This document shows positions 39,401 to 56,906 of a stretch of DNA of 64,000 nucleotides, one piece after another. This DNA comes from the human T2T-CHM13v2.0 reference genome, Homo sapiens. A program made the translations under genes and the position numbers. The DNA lies in assembly GCF_009914755.1 (NCBI RefSeq), contig NC_060936.1. One strand, 5' to 3'. The notes beneath the pieces were generated by a model. That model had not been told where the DNA came from, searched no databases, and saw only the letters and a list, made by a program, of their open reading frames with translations. The stretch's first letter is position 1. Each line of letters begins with the position of its first letter.

Positions 39401-40639
39401 ATTACTGTTGTCATGATACCACCCTATAGAAATTGCTTTTGATTAGCTCACTCTTGACCTCCTGTTTGCTAGGTTCCTTGTACCCCCTTTACCTTTGAGA
39501 ATTTGACATCCATCTATATACTAATATCCAAAATTTCCCTCATCCGTAATTCTCTCTTCTGAATTTCCCTCCAATATGTAACTGTTAAATGGACATTCCT
39601 GCCAAGTTAAACTACATGTAACTTAAACTCAAGATGCCTACTTACACTAATCTTGATTATTTTATTTCCTACACTTTCTTATAGGTACAACCCAGTAACC
39701 CAAGTCAAAAACCGAAGACTTATCCCAAGTCCTGTTCATTCTACTTCTTATATAGCACATATTTTTCCCTTTCCTCTCCTGTTACATTATTTCAATGCTT
39801 AAGCATCTTTTTTGTGAACTATCAAAATATATCTGTGTCATCTCTTTGTTCCATCATTTGTCCTCTTCAAATCCATTGAATACAGTGCTTCCAAATTTAT
39901 TGTTTTATAAGGCAAATATGATTATTATGTGTTTAAAACCTGTGCCCCATCACCTAAAGGATAAAATTCAAACTGGATTCTGTCTACCTGTTTAGCCAAA
40001 ACTACTTTCAATTCTTAGAATTTATTATGTTTCAAAACTCTTTGTATATACTGTTACCGCTTCCCTACTTGCGTTTTTCATACTTTCTCTCTTTCTTCTA
40101 TCCATTTCTCATGGACAAATACGTATTATGTGGTGAGAATTGTGAAAGCAGAGGCTATCTTTGGTTTTCTTTTATATCCCCAGTGTTAGTATAGTACCAG
40201 ATAATCGTAAGCACAGTAGAACAGTGTTTTTTACAATGTGTCTATGGACAAGATAATTCTGGTCAACAATAAAATAAGCACAGAAATTGTAAGTGATCAA
40301 AAGTCTCTATAGCAATTTGATAGGGTAATTTTATATCAAGTTTAATAATAAAAAGCAAGACTTGTTTTTTATATGAGTGTTTTTAATTTTATTTTTCTAG
40401 CGGTTCATTTTTATTATATCTTACACAAGTACCAATCTGTGGTGGAATTTTTAAAAAATTAGTCCTTTCCATGTAATTATTGCACTTTCACACCCACAAT
40501 AAAGCTTCTACCTGAAGTGCCTTCTAGGTCATTGAGAAACATGGAAAATTATCTTCCATATAGATTTAGAGGAAAGTGTATTTTGCTGTGGAGCTAATCA
40601 TTTGAAAACTGGGAATAGCATCAGGAGGTAAAAATAGCT

Positions 40640-40810
40640 CGAGCGGAAATATTTGGGTTTGTATATTAGCTCTGCAACTTCTTCTGTGTGTGTGAGTAAG
40701 CAGGTTACTTATCTATTCCAAGACTTAGTTTCTTCAGCTCTAAAACAGGAGATAACGCTTACTAAATTTACTTTTCAGAGCTGTTGCAAGAATTAGTGAA
40801 ATGTACATCA
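40640..40810 (+). mobile_element. MIR (degenerate)
   Basis: agctctgcaact...agtttcttcagctctaaaacaggagataa. Confidence 0.55.
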
Positions 40811-43800
40811 AGATGTATTTTAATAAAAATAATGTGTTCAGTATTTTAAAAAAAATTAGTTCTTTCACACACCTGGTTTGCAAAACACTGCATTAGAAAA
40901 AATTATTTACCAGAGATATTTGAAACTTGACCTGAGCTATCTAAATTCCCAAAGATTGCACAGTAATTTTAGTAAGAATTATAGCACATAATATATATAT
41001 TTATTTCTTGCAACTGGAGGGTCAGAGAGCTACCTATATATGTATAATAACTCTTGGACCATATACGGTCCTGCAAATGCAGTCGATCTGATAGCACTTG
41101 AATTGAGCTGGCATGTTAGTCACAGCTGGGCAGATCATATCAGTACCACCATGGAAATAGTTCCTTGAAAGATTTCAGTGAATGATAGGAAAAAAATTCT
41201 TTTAGAACATTATTTGTATACTTACAGAGACTCTTGAAGTAATGATCTCTTAATATTTGTTGAACAATTAAAGTTTTTTTATTACAAAAATGGCTTGTTT
41301 CTCTTAAAGAATGTAACAAATCAATAAACTTTAAAAAAAAATTCTGCTGTCCTTTCCTGTATGCCTTTGCAGAAGAACTAAGATCAGTAAACTCACACAA
41401 TTCTTAATATTTATTTATTCAAAATTGTTTCTTTACTGAATATTATGTGCAAGGGACTGAACACATACAAAATTATAAAGAACCATTTTTTCATAAATCC
41501 TTTGACTGTCTTGCTTGCCTAAAAAGTTAATTCTTTTAAATTTCATTGTGAGTCAGTTTTGAATTATTAATGGGATAGGAAATAACGTAATTTAACATTA
41601 AAATTGAATTCCATTCAATTCTTCTATTTAAGCTTCCATTCTTTAAAATAAATATAACTTACACCAACATTTCTTAATGTTATTAGAACCTTCTGGTTTT
41701 AGCATACTTCCCATAAAGTGAATATATGAAAAAGTTTTAAAATTCACGAATAGCCTGTTACTAAAAATAAAATAATGAAGTCAGACAACTGCTGACATAA
41801 TCTAGTATTAATAGTTTCAAAACCTTATTTAAAAACAACTTGTCCTAGTCTTCTAGCCTTTTTGCTGGTGAAATAATTATCACAGAGACTTCCACTTTTA
41901 TCTGTGTCATAAGTGAATCCTCTATCCATATTTTTTTTGGCTTTCAATATGAAAATTAATGGTCTTCACATAATCATGGCTTTTTTAACATTGACATCTG
42001 TAGTTACAGAATTTACTCACTGCAAGTAATAGGGTAGTCTTTTTGACAAACTTAGAGTTTTCCTTCCTTGGTCCTGTGTAGATGAGGGCAAAAAAGGATT
42101 GACATTTCTTTGCTAGCCAACAAAATGTTTCCCATCAGTGTCAGTATTTATACTTCCTAGAACTTTGATAATTCTTCATTGAATTCAAATAGTATGTGAA
42201 GAAGAAATACCATAGAATTTCAAAGAAGGGACAACAGTGGGGACTTTAAATGAAGTTTAATTTTATTCATGTCTTAAGCACAGGGACCAGATTAATGATA
42301 TATATTCAAGTGTTAGGACAACATCCTTGTCCAGTTCAAAAACCTTGCCTTTAAAACTACCTTTATTTAACATTTTAATATTTTAAGTAGAGTATGCTAG
42401 TTCTCTCTTCACTGACGGGGGAAAAAAAGCAGTTAAAAGTCTTAAAAATATAAGAGGAAAATTATATCCATTTCTATTTTACTTGCCTAAGTTTGTTCTT
42501 TTTTTAAAGTTGAAGAAAAATGGAGATATAAAGTAAAACAGAGCTGTAGCTGTATTGCTGTCACAAAATATGTGATCTTCAGAATTGATCTCTCAAATTT
42601 AATGAGATTTCCCTTTCTTAGAAAAAATATAACAAAAATAAGAACATCAAGTGACTTAAAATATATCATTTTAAAAATCTGCTTGATGAAGAAACAGGCC
42701 TATATTTGTAGTTTTTAATTGAAAAAGTTTACCTCAAGCTTTGCTGTGTTATCCACTTGTGTAGCATTACAGAACTAGAGCCAATATCCCAATATTAGTA
42801 GATTGCTTTGGAATCATACAGTACCTTTTCAGAATGCTTATACTATTGTCATGATTAATTAGAAAACAATTGACATGGCGAATCTGAAAATTCTTTTCCA
42901 TCTAACCTTAAAATCCAGAAAAAAACTGTTTAAAGGTATTCCAAGATGACTTTAACCATGGATTACTTCAAGTTTTATTTTTTAAATCATAACAAACTAA
43001 GAATGAATCCCTTATTTTATTTAGAATGGGCTTTTATTTTTAGTACTGGTCAGTTAGAAGGTATAGCCATTTTTTTAAGGGTTGTGAGTGGTATTACATT
43101 TTGATTAGTTATAGAATGAGTTACACAACTCAAAAGCTTTAGGTAATCAAAAATTAAGTTTGTTTTCTTTCCTGTTCTAGTTACCGGTTTACTAAAATAG
43201 TGAGCATACATGATCACTTGAGAATTGGGCTTCTGGAGCACCTGAACAGAAAGGGAGTGGTTCATATTCAGCATTACAAAAGACAACTTTCTCTTTTTGA
43301 AGGGGATTACTTTGGCTATTTTCCAGGTACTGGGGAAATTCCAAATGCATTACAAGTTATTGGGATGGCTATTAATTATTCATTTCCTAAAATATGTTGA
43401 CTGAAGACTTGAGATTTGGTTATATAATAGAACATTATTTGACTTCATCAATTTATAAAAAACTTATGTAGAAATTTAGCAAAATACAAAATTGAGACTC
43501 TTACATGCAGCAGTTATATTTTTTCAGATAACTCTAGAAACATCAGGCTTATTAGTCAGAACATACTTAGTAGAAGTACTTTCTGAAAATAATGGAAGAG
43601 CAATAGAATTTGTGCATGTGTATATAAAGAAAAGTTATGTGCAATGCATTGCATCTTTCCAAGTAATTACATAACAAAAGAAAATCATATTTTGCATAAT
43701 ATTTCAGTTTTAGGATATTAGGTTAAGGAAGGGTATTTATAACTAGAGAGTTTTTAATAGAGAATTAGTACTTTAATAAAGAATGCATAAACCATTCAAA

Positions 43801-44701
43801 TATTTTTATAAATAATTCTTCAAGGTGTAATTAATGGCCTGAATATATTGAACCATATCACAGAGTGTCCATTGGATGAGACATTTGATTATTTAGAATA
43901 ATTCTTCTTTAGAATTTTTATGTCTGCTTCGAGGTTGAAGATTTAGGGGAAATGATCTTCATAAAAATATATTTCCAAACATATTTCCTTTGCATACCTT
44001 TTCCTTACGGATTTATCTTGATAGTTGTTGGGGAAATCATAAGGGTTATTTTCCTTCATTAGGAAAACCTCTTTAGGCATCATTTGGACTTTTATTTTTG
44101 AACATGGAGAACTTTGGGCTGCATTTGAATTATAACAGAGTGCAATTCAGATCTCATTTTAGTCAAGTTTTTTCTCACTGCTCTAAGTCTCTCTAAGGAC
44201 TACTTCTAATCTTTCTACTATACAAGTTCCCATTCATTCCACATACCTGTTTGAGTGTGCCCGATATTGTGATAGACCCTGAGGTACAAGGGTGAATAAG
44301 ACATAGACTCTGCTCTCAAGTGCGGTGTAACGGAGTTCGAGGTATCAAGTTAGCCCAGAGAAAGGAATATTCGTTCTTCCTTGATACACAGAGGAAGATA
44401 CGACATTTAGAAGAGATGTTGAAATAAGTGTTTAAGAATAAATAGGAATTTCTTATAGGGGATGAATATTCTAAGAAAGGCAAGAGTGCATGCAGTCTCA
44501 ATACATTAAACTAAGGAATATGTCTTAAGACGCCTAATTCAAATTCGAGTACTCTTATTACTTGCAGTTTCCCATATAAAATATATATGAAGGCACAAGT
44601 AGAGAACCACAAAGCCAGTTCAAAACCACAAAACCACTTAGCAGTCATTTCTCACTAAATAATTGTCTTGCACATACAATAGCCATTGTTACCTTTCCTT
44701 G

Positions 44702-44934
44702 TGGATCAGCTTTTCATAATAGCTCATGTCCTAAACTTTCCAACAGTCATTATATCATAGTGAATTCCAAAAGTCTACCATATATTAAATATGAAATTTA
44801 GTTTTTTAATCATTACTCATGGATCAACTTTTCATAATAGCTCATGTCCTAAACTTTCCAACCAGTCATTATATCATGGTTAGTGAGCTCCAAAAGTCTA
44901 CCATATACTAAATATGAAATTTAGTTTTTTAATC
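44702..44934. repeat. Local tandem duplication, ~110 bp x2
   Basis: 44702-44811 and 44820-44934; 4 substitutions and 2 small indels by eye. Confidence 0.95.
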
Positions 44935-45824
44935 CTTAAATTTTCAAATGCTGTTGTCAGTTTTGTGTGCTAATAACTTACATAGGAGCATTTGAAAATA
45001 TTTAAATATAAAAATAACCTAGTTAATGAGTACATTTACTTGTTAATATAAATTTTTTTCTTTTTCTCTTTTTCATTAAAAATTGGAACTATTAGTACAA
45101 AGTCTTTTTCTTTAGTCTGGCTATTGCTTTATTTTTAACATATTTAAATTCTACCCAATTTTAGGACCAACAGTAGGTACCATTATGATATAAACAAAAA
45201 TGTGGCTTAAGAAATATGTTTTATGATCAGTCACATAGCCTCATATTTGGACCTTGTTATATTAGTGATAAATTTTAAGATCTAGTTCTCCTGAAACACT
45301 GAAGTTTTGGCATTTGTTAATGTCAGGCAGTTGAACTCCAATAAATTAACAGGGGCATAGCTCCAAATGGCATGAGACTGGTAGACATGTCACAAAACTT
45401 ATAAGTAGCCACAAAAATAACATACTAACTAATACTGTTTATATAATCTCTTTCGTTTGTCATGATACATTCATATATATTCTCAGTTTTTATTAAGAAC
45501 AACCATGGCTGTTGCAGAAAGTTTTGTCCTGTTTAACAGTCCAGGAAGCATTGAGAGTAAGAGATATTCACGTAGGCACAACACATATCCGATTTTTAGT
45601 CCATATTATAATGCATCACTCAGTAAAGTGTCTTACAGGATAAAAGGGAAGTTTTCTACTGCTACCTACACATGGAAGATTTTTAAAACATATATGTCTT
45701 TAAGAAAAGAATTGTTTTGGGATAGTCTCATCTGATAGGAAAATGATTTTTTTATAGTAGAAGAATCTTCGAGATAGATACTTCAGAACTGATTATTATT
45801 TTAATTACCTTATAAAAATTATAC

Positions 45825-46045
45825 ATTTTTAATTTTATGTATTTTTAATTTTTATGGGTACATAGTAGGTGTATACATTTAGGGGGTACATGAGGTATTT
45901 TGATAAAGGAATTCAATGTATAATAATCACATCAGGGTAAATTAGGTATCCATCACTTCAAGCATTTATCCCTCCTTCATGTTTCAAATAATCCAATTAT
46001 GCTCTTTTAGTTATTTTTAAATGTACAATAAATTATTGTTGACTG
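45825..46045 (-). mobile_element. L1MA-type 3' end fragment
   Basis: gggtacatagtaggtgtatac...aataatcacatcagggtaaa...gtatccatcacttcaagcattta; flanks aaaattat/aaaattat. Confidence 0.8.
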
Positions 46046-46215
46046 AAAATTATCTTTGTTCATTAAAACATGGTATTTAATTGCAGCCAGTCCAAGTAAC
46101 TAGTGTTCTTATAATTGTCAAAAATGTTCATGTTCTAAGATAGCCTCATGTGAAAATGTTAAATAATGAATTGCATAAAGTAATTACTAATCAAACTACA
46201 TTATGACCAACTTTA

Positions 46216-46605
<390 letters not shown>

Positions 46606-46715
46606 TTAATTGCTTGATTTTTTTTTCCATTTATGCCTTGAAATTTAGCAAAAATTATGAGAACTTTTAATATTTTAACCGGTCTTTATGCTATTTTAAG
46701 AACATACTAACTCAA

Positions 46716-47092
<377 letters not shown>

Positions 47093-47599
47093 TCATCTTA
47101 GTTTTTAAACTAATATGATTTGTGTATTAGTAGAACAATTATATTGACTATTGAATTTATGTATTTATATGTGTTTATACAACTTGTTAGGAAGTGTAGC
47201 TTGTTAGAATATATGTTTAACAAATAGAATGTTTATTTGGGCCCATTTAGGACTAAATAGCTTAAATTTAAATATTGGTTATGATATCTTCACAGATAAC
47301 ACAGGCAAATTATCATTAAAATGATTTGTGTTTTGTTGTTATTTGTTAACATTGAATTATAATCAGTTTGAAACCAGCATGTATCACTGTGAAAATAAAT
47401 GCTGGTCTCTGTTTCAAGGAGTTTTTAAAAATCAAAGCAGAGGATCATTTACAAAGCAGATAGTAGATTGAATGAAAAATCAGACAAAGGGGCAGAAAAA
47501 TTTGTACTGCCCGTATGGTTTAGTATTAGGTAGAAGTACTTGAAGATATTTTTGAGATTATTCTTTAGAAATATATTTTTCCTCCATTTAGTAAGTAGT

Positions 47600-48280
47600 A
47601 TTTCATTCAACAAAAATTTATTGAACCCTCTATGCCAAACATTGAAGGAAAAGAGTAAAAATCAAGAGGATAAATGCATTAGTAAATACAGGCAAAAATA
47701 TTTTTAGTAAGCATACATTTATTGTGAACATGATCAGTGCTACGTGACATAGTGCTCAGTGCTGGAAATATAAATAAGAATACCCTGGTACCTGCTTTCA
47801 TGGAGGTCTCAGTTCATTTGGCAAAACAAACTAAAAATTAAAGTTACAGTATATTATCAAATAAGTGCTGTAATAAAAGTAAGCAGTAAGCATTAAGGAA
47901 ACATACAGGAGAAAACACTGTAAGGAAATCTAAGGGAGGCTTCCCAGATAGGATGCCAGAATCTTGATGGATTTATAGAAGTTAGTAAGGCCAAAAAAAA
48001 AAAAAAAAAGTACATTTCCAAGTAGATGAAGTAATGTTGCAGACTTTCAGATTGAGAGAGTATGTGGAGGAATGACTAATTAAATAAAGCTGGAACAGTT
48101 GAAAAGAAAAGGGTATTGACAAAGGATGAGGCTACATAGATGAGCAAAAGACAGACCCTTCTAAGAATTTGGGCTTCCAATCTGTAAGCAGGGAGAGCCG
48201 TTAAAGGATTTATAGCAAGGAAGCAACATGATGAGATGTACATTTTAGGGAGAGCACTCTGGATACTACTGGAAAGCTAA
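47600..48280 (-). mobile_element. L2 fragment
   Basis: ttcattcaacaaaaatttattga start and typical L2 internal text. Confidence 0.6.
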
Positions 48281-50245
48281 AAAATGTTCAGTTATACCTT
48301 TAAGCTCTTTCCAAGATAAGAGTATATGTGAATAATTAAGTTATAACAAAGTTTAAGAATTACTCAGGTTTGTGCAACTTGGTTCTTTTGAGATATTTGT
48401 AAATTAGGTTCTTTATATAATTGCATTAACAGACAATAATGGAATGTTACATTCTTAGCATAACCCTGAGCTGATCAAATATAAGAAGCGGAAAACTATT
48501 GATAATTGTTGGAAATTCCTATCTGACCTGTCCTTTGTCTGACTATTTAATGTTGATCTTATTTTGTACTAAATCAGATGATACTAAGTGATGGCATTTA
48601 CCCTCTGTGTAGCTATGATGCATTCTAAATTGCCTGGATCTCCCTTTAGTGCTGGGTTTATAATTAAAAGGACATATAATACAAAGGAAGAAGAGAAACT
48701 GAAACTCAAAAGGAGTATAAGATTATGAGAGAGGTTGAGATCTAAGAGGTAAAAAGTTAGGGAAGCATCCTTTCTCTTAATTGCCTCCTACACTGTAGCA
48801 TACCTCTCTTTCTCCTGCTCACATATATTAAAAAGTTCTACTGCTGAAAATATGTATATGACTCTAAAGGCCTATATAGCTCACTCCAAACATTTTAGCT
48901 GTTTTTATTATTTTCGTTGCCTAAGAATTATATAATCGTAAATTCCATGATATTATAACCAGTTGTCCCTTTTGCCTTGAGGTAGGGGCCAGGCTAGCAA
49001 TTTATAATAAATAATATTATTTTTATTATATAGAAAGTTTCTAAATAGATATTATTGACTACTTCAGTAAACATGTTGATTTATAATTGAAACCACAAAA
49101 TTGAGTACCAGAATTATTCTAAAAAACTAAGTAAATGTTGACTCTGCTTATTTTGGAATTTTAGCTAAACAATGCATAGTATATAGTCGTAGTTTATGGC
49201 ATGTAAGTTATCTGTGTGAATTCAACAGGCTGAACCTTTCATAGCTACCAAACCTGTCTAACTTAATACAAATGACTATAAGCAAGCTTCGAAAAACTCT
49301 GATTTCCATTAATGTGAATCCAGGCTCTCATAAGAGTGAGTTTCTACTATTTTCCATGCAAGCAACTAGCTTCCTTGCAGCACTTTGCCACTTAATTCCA
49401 ACACAAATATCATCCTACAGCAAAAAAAATTTACTTATGTGACCATATGTCTGTGTTAGTCGTTGCATATTATAGACATCTAATTGATAATGTAATACTG
49501 GGTTTGTATTGAGGTCAAATTATATGGATCATCACCTTAAAATTATTCCAACTTGAGATAAAATGTTGAAAAATTGTACGTCTGCCATGTTTTATTTTAA
49601 ATATGAAATTTTTTAATTCGGAATTGGAAAGAGTTGGAAAATTAACTTATTTATAGTTTTTATTTTGCCATAAAGGAAAATTGTATCGTTTATGAAATTA
49701 AAGAGCTGGAAGTGAGAACACACTTACAGAGTTCACATACTAAAGTTTGTTCTCTCAGGCTCAAGTAATCTGTACTGTCTCTTCTAAAAATGGTTGACCA
49801 TATGGAAGGTTTAAAGGCTGCTCTTTCATGATAAATAATTGACAATGGAAGCAGTAAATACCTCTATTAAGTTAATTTCTTGCTTGCACTCTATCTCAGT
49901 TTTTACCTACTCAGGCTAATTTGCAGGTGCCTGGGATGAGTAGACAATCCATAATTTCTACCAATCAAGTAAAAGAAGGAAAGAAAACTGAGCTTCTCTC
50001 CCAGTTACCAGGTAGTTTGCTGTGGTTAAAATTAATGCAGATTTTACAGCAGCGGATATTAGCATTTTTATTTATTATAAGTAATTATTTTGAAATTTGG
50101 GAAATGAATAGTTGAGTACATCATTTGAGTGTTTATTTGACCAGTTATTAGTGCAAGAAACCATCATTTAAATGTTCTCTGTGTTATAGCAAATCAATTT
50201 GTTTCTCTCTTCATATTAATGTGTTTTAAGAAAAATTCATTATGA

Positions 50246-50476
<231 letters not shown>

Positions 50477-51932
50477 TAGCAAGGGTACCTGCAAGGGTAC
50501 AAAAGTTGGTTCTTGGGGATAGGGGGAGTGAAAAATAGTAGCTATTACAATGGTTTGTGGCCCTCCAAAGGAACACAGTACATAAATAGATATACAGTAC
50601 ATCTGTGATATAAAATTTAGGTGGGAGGGATATGGAACAGTTTATCTGTTTTGTTTTTGTTTTTGTTTTTGTTTTACATCTAAATCTGGAATGGAGAGAA
50701 TAATGAAAAAAAGTTGAAAAACACTGGTGTGGTACAAGAATGAGTATAGAGACAGCAATGAGCGTTTGTATAGTTGTTTTGGAATATAGTACATCTCTGG
50801 AAAACCTATGTGAATATTCTATACAAATGTAAAAGACTAAATTTGGGCATGTTACTGAACTCTAAGAACCCATTTTACTTTGAGAGTCATTATGAATTTG
50901 AAAAATTATCAAAATGAAAATAGTCTGCAAACCAAGCATTAAAAATTAAATGTACTTTCAATATAGTTCTTAAACTTTTAAGGTTATTCACATGTGTGAA
51001 TTGTTACTTATCAAATAATTTATTGTTCAAATAAGAATTGAGCTGAAATTTAGCTTTATGGCTGAAATTTAGCTTTATATTGTTAAAAAAATGCCTACTT
51101 AATTATATAGGTGAAACTTTGAGAAGTTTTAAACTTGTAGAGAGAATAAGCAGTTTTAAGTCGTTATTTATACAAGTAATTTAAATGGCATTGATAGAGG
51201 ACATCTACTGGACAACATTTTTTATTAGCTATATACTAGTTCTTAGAAAATAAAAAACCAGCAAATCAAAATGCCTCTGTATTGTCTTCCTTAACATTCT
51301 AAACTTTGGACAAACTAGTCCAGACAAACCATCTCTCAGCTCTTACTAGCATTCTAATTGGTTTTATTTTGGTAGATTTTCTCTCTTAAAATTATGTGTA
51401 AATAGGTTCTTTATATGTGACTTTTTTTCTGTCAGATGATGATTCATACTATTACATTTATTTTCAGTCTCATCCAAAAACAAAAATACTTAGTGATGAA
51501 AGATTAGGAAAATTGAATATGAACATTAATGTTTCTGTTATCTCTGTGATACTCATCCTCCTTTTGCGCATAGAAACTAAGTGAGAGCCTAGAGTAGTTA
51601 TCTTAAAAATGCTTTCAGATACGTAATTATCTTTATGTGGTAATATAGCAAGGATGAGAACCTGCCTCTTCCTGTCTACCTACCAGACATTTATAGGAGG
51701 AGGCAATAGGAATACCTAAAGCTAAGAATTAAGGACATCTGGAAAATCCTTTGACAAATAGTGAAACAACAATTAATGACAATGAAATCTATGACCAAAC
51801 AAAGATCAATACATTTTTATATATTAAAGATTACATGTGTTGATCTATTTTGTCCCAGATAAGCTTTGTTGAGTGCTTACTAGGAATGCAAAACAAAATA
51901 TAATTCATATATATTCCTGTTGTTCGTGTATA

Positions 51933-52823
<891 letters not shown>

Positions 52824-52869
52824 TAATTTTGTGATACCTCTTTCTAATTTGTGTCTATTATCCTTGTAG

Positions 52870-53160
<291 letters not shown>

Positions 53161-56061
53161 TAGTGTTGAGTCCTTATTATAAAAATTAAGTATTGAATTA
53201 TCAAGCCCAATCAATAATGTTTATTTGTATAAGAGATTTTATAAGCTGAATACTTTGGAAATCAGTGTAACTTTTTACAGTCTTGAAAGAGCAACGTGTG
53301 TCTTATAAAAAATTCTCAAAAGGCTTTTTATAGAGGTTTATTTTTATAATATTGGGGTGAATATTAGCTTATGAAGATCAACATAATATTTTTAATTTTT
53401 TTAAACTTCAACTTTCTTTAGTGTTAATTGTAATTTTTTTTACTAGTGGCTATTGGAAGTAAAGCTAATACTTTTAATTCATAGTGTGATAGTAGTGTAT
53501 TTAAATACCTGTAATTTTTAGGCATTTTAGGAACTTAAAAGAAAGTAGAAATTCAGTTAGACTAAAAATATTTCGTTCAGTGATGTTCTCTAATTTCTAA
53601 TACTTTGAAGTATCACATATTGTTTATTCTGTGCAAAAGTCCTGTGGTAAGTCTTACTGTCAAATTGTCTGCCTGATTCCGTTACCTAGTGTTATAATTG
53701 GATTATTTATATTTTGTGGGTAAAGCACTATCTTTTCTCCCTTATTTATTAATCAGTTAATCCTCTTCTGACACTTGACCCATCCCAGTGAAAGTAACTT
53801 CTTCTTTTTCTACCTCTCTTTCCCTAAATTCTAACACTTAACTAATTTTGTTATAACTTTTGGCTTACTTTTATCTTTTATCCCTAGACTACAAGTCTTT
53901 GAAGACAGAGACCTTGTAAACCTTTGTATTTCCAGCTTTTGTGGCTGGTAAATATTAATGCACAAGAAGTATTCAAAAATTTTATTCATCAAGATACTTA
54001 ACTATGCACCTACTAAGTATAAAGCTCTTTGGCTAAACAAAAAAGATATGATTCCTGCTTTAGAAGATTGTTTTCTGTAAATTTTTAGCCAAATAGCTCA
54101 GTTTGTTAGTGCATAATAGTCACGATGTCTATATGAAAGCTATATTTGAACAAAATTATGATCTTACCATTCAGGGATGTATTTGGGTTTATTGTCAACA
54201 AAGACAGGGTATATGTAGTGTTCATAAACACACAGTCCTTTTATTCAAAGTAATTAAAGTCTAGTAGATACTAGGTATGTACTCAGTTATGCAAATTTAA
54301 GCAATTTGTTTTTCTGCTGCTTTATGTTTTCTTTATGAACTCATTGAACACAATGCCCTCATATCAGTATTTCACTGGAGAGTGCTAAGTACTATCCCTT
54401 ATCTGTGAGCAGAGCCAATAAAGACCTGCTTTTACTTTTGGCCTGGGGAATATGTGTTCACATTTTTAAAGTTATATCCTTTAGATATTCACTTATTCAC
54501 TCGTTTATAAGTACAAGATTGTCAACATTCTTTTCAATGGTGAGAAACTATAACAGTGCCAAACCACATCCTTACCTCTCTAGTTTATAACTTTGCAGAT
54601 ATACACCAATGAGTGTAATGGAGCAAGAGAGCGTAGAATAATAAGTATAAATTTACTGCAACAAAAAATAAATGTAGATGTTTTATTTCTCTACAGCACA
54701 TTTGTTAGAGATAATATTCTCCCATGCCAATAATATAAGGTAATCTATATCAATAGTGGCAAATTGCATTAATTTACACATTAGTCCATAAGGTATATGA
54801 TAAGTGCTCTTCCATAAATTGGGCTCTAAATTATTTTTCCAGCAATGTGAATTTCATTGACTTATCACTTTTCTCATTTGGTGACCAATAATATAAATTT
54901 GCGGAGGTTAGAGCCATGGTTAGCACAGAGAAATTCGTTTGTTTTTGTGTTTTGTGTTTTTTTTTTTTTCCTTTTTTCCATTTAGAGGCAGTAACAACTC
55001 AAATACAAAATGATCACCTCATTTCATTAACACTATGCTTTGACCAGCTTGTAAGAAAAGTGAAATTAGCTGAGTTTCCCTATTTGTTGAGTTTTCCCGT
55101 CATTGAAGTTGATTTAGGTCATGGAAGCTTATTAGGAAAAATATTGAATATATATTATATCTTAGGCTCTTATGCTGTGCAAGGTGCTAGAAATATAATG
55201 GTGTTTCTAGTCCTTGTTCTTCAAGAAGCTTGTCATACAGTGTGAAAATTGCTCTGACAGGGTGCTGCAAGAGAACACAGAGTAACCTACCCAAACTGGT
55301 TATGAGGCCTGTGATAAATTCTGAAGGACAATTAGGTTATAAGCAGGTGAAAACTAGAAATAAAAGCATTATAGGCCAAGATAATGGCATGTACAAAGAA
55401 CTTATGGGAGAAGAGGACATGGCCCACTTCTGTAATCTACAGTAGTTAATATGGCAAGCAGGAGCTAGATCACGAAGAACTTTGATGCCAGTATAGGAAG
55501 TTTGAACTTCATCCTAAAAACTAGGGAAGCCATTAAAGACTATTAAGTATAGATATTATATGGCCACAATTATGTTTCAGAAAGATGATTCTGGGTAGCA
55601 CAGAGATCAGTTAGAAAAGGCTTAGTACTAAGACCAGGTAAGAAGCTTTTAATGATCAGACGACAGACAAATGACAAACACTTCAACTCTGTCAGGATGG
55701 CAGTTTGAAGAACCAGTTGAATGTAGGAAGTGAAAATGTGTAAGTATATTCAAAGATGATGCCAAGTTTACTTGACAGGAAAAGAGGAGACAGCAGTGCT
55801 GTTTTAGTGGAATATATAGGAAGAACAAGTTGAAGAAGGAATCCATTTTAGTATTGAACGTGGTGGCCTAACATGACCCAAACCTGTGTTTAGTATTGGA
55901 TATGCTGACTTACAGATGCATGAGGAACACTTAGGTAGAGATATCCAGTAGGCATTGAATTTGTGTATCTAGACCAAAGGAGAGAGACTGCTTTAGCTAT
56001 AAATTGGACAATCAGCTCTATGAAAATGATAGTGTTTTAGAAGGATGAGATTACTTAAGGC

Positions 56062-56191
56062 TAAGGTGACCCCGTGATTTATCATCTAAACAAGAACTCT
56101 TGAAAATAGAAGGGACTGTCATTAATAATTATACTAGGATAGCAGGCTAATCCAGGACTGGCCAAAGCAAATCAGGAGACACTGTTGCCTC
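56062..56191. mobile_element. MER81-like hAT-Blackjack MITE
   Basis: taaggtgacc..atttatcatctaaac...attaataattatactaggat. Confidence 0.6.
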
Positions 56192-56906
56192 TTCCAAGGA
56201 GAGCATATAAAATTGAGAAGAAGGCTAAAGACAACACTCTAAAGAACAATGTAGGAGAACTTCAAAAGAGGAATATGATCACAGCAATAGAAAAGAATTA
56301 AAAGTAGTCGTGTTATAAGGAAAGGGAATTTTTTAAGGAGAAAGTGGTCAGCAGTCATATTACAAAGAGGTCAATAAAATAAAGACTGATAAGTTGTACA
56401 ACATTATTGGCAACCTTGGAAACAAGTTAAATAAAGAGGCGAAGACAAGCCAGCAAGAGGGTTGAGAAGTAAATGGGAGATAAGGAAGTTATGATAATAT
56501 AGATATCATTAATAAAGTTATTTATAAAATAGAGGAGAAGGGGAGATAATTAGAGGGAAAGCAATGAGGTACCCTTGTTTTTTGAGAGACTTTATATTCC
56601 AATGCTTATGTAAGAGTTGAGATAAAATGGAAGAAAGAATAATTGCTTGGTTTAGGTCCCAGAGAAAGCAGAAGAGCATGGGATTTAGAACATAGACGCT
56701 AAGGTTAGCTTTGAATAAGAAGAGAGACATCTTTCTTTCCATGTGTTGCAAGAGACAGAAAAGTACCTATGTGGATTCAAAGAAGTTAGTAGAACAGGAA
56801 GTTGGAGATTTTCCCACCCAGTAGTTTCTGTTTTTGAGATGAAATAGGTATTCTGCTGATATTAAGGGAGCAGTAGTGAAATAGGAAGCCTAAAGAATGG
56901 TGAAGA

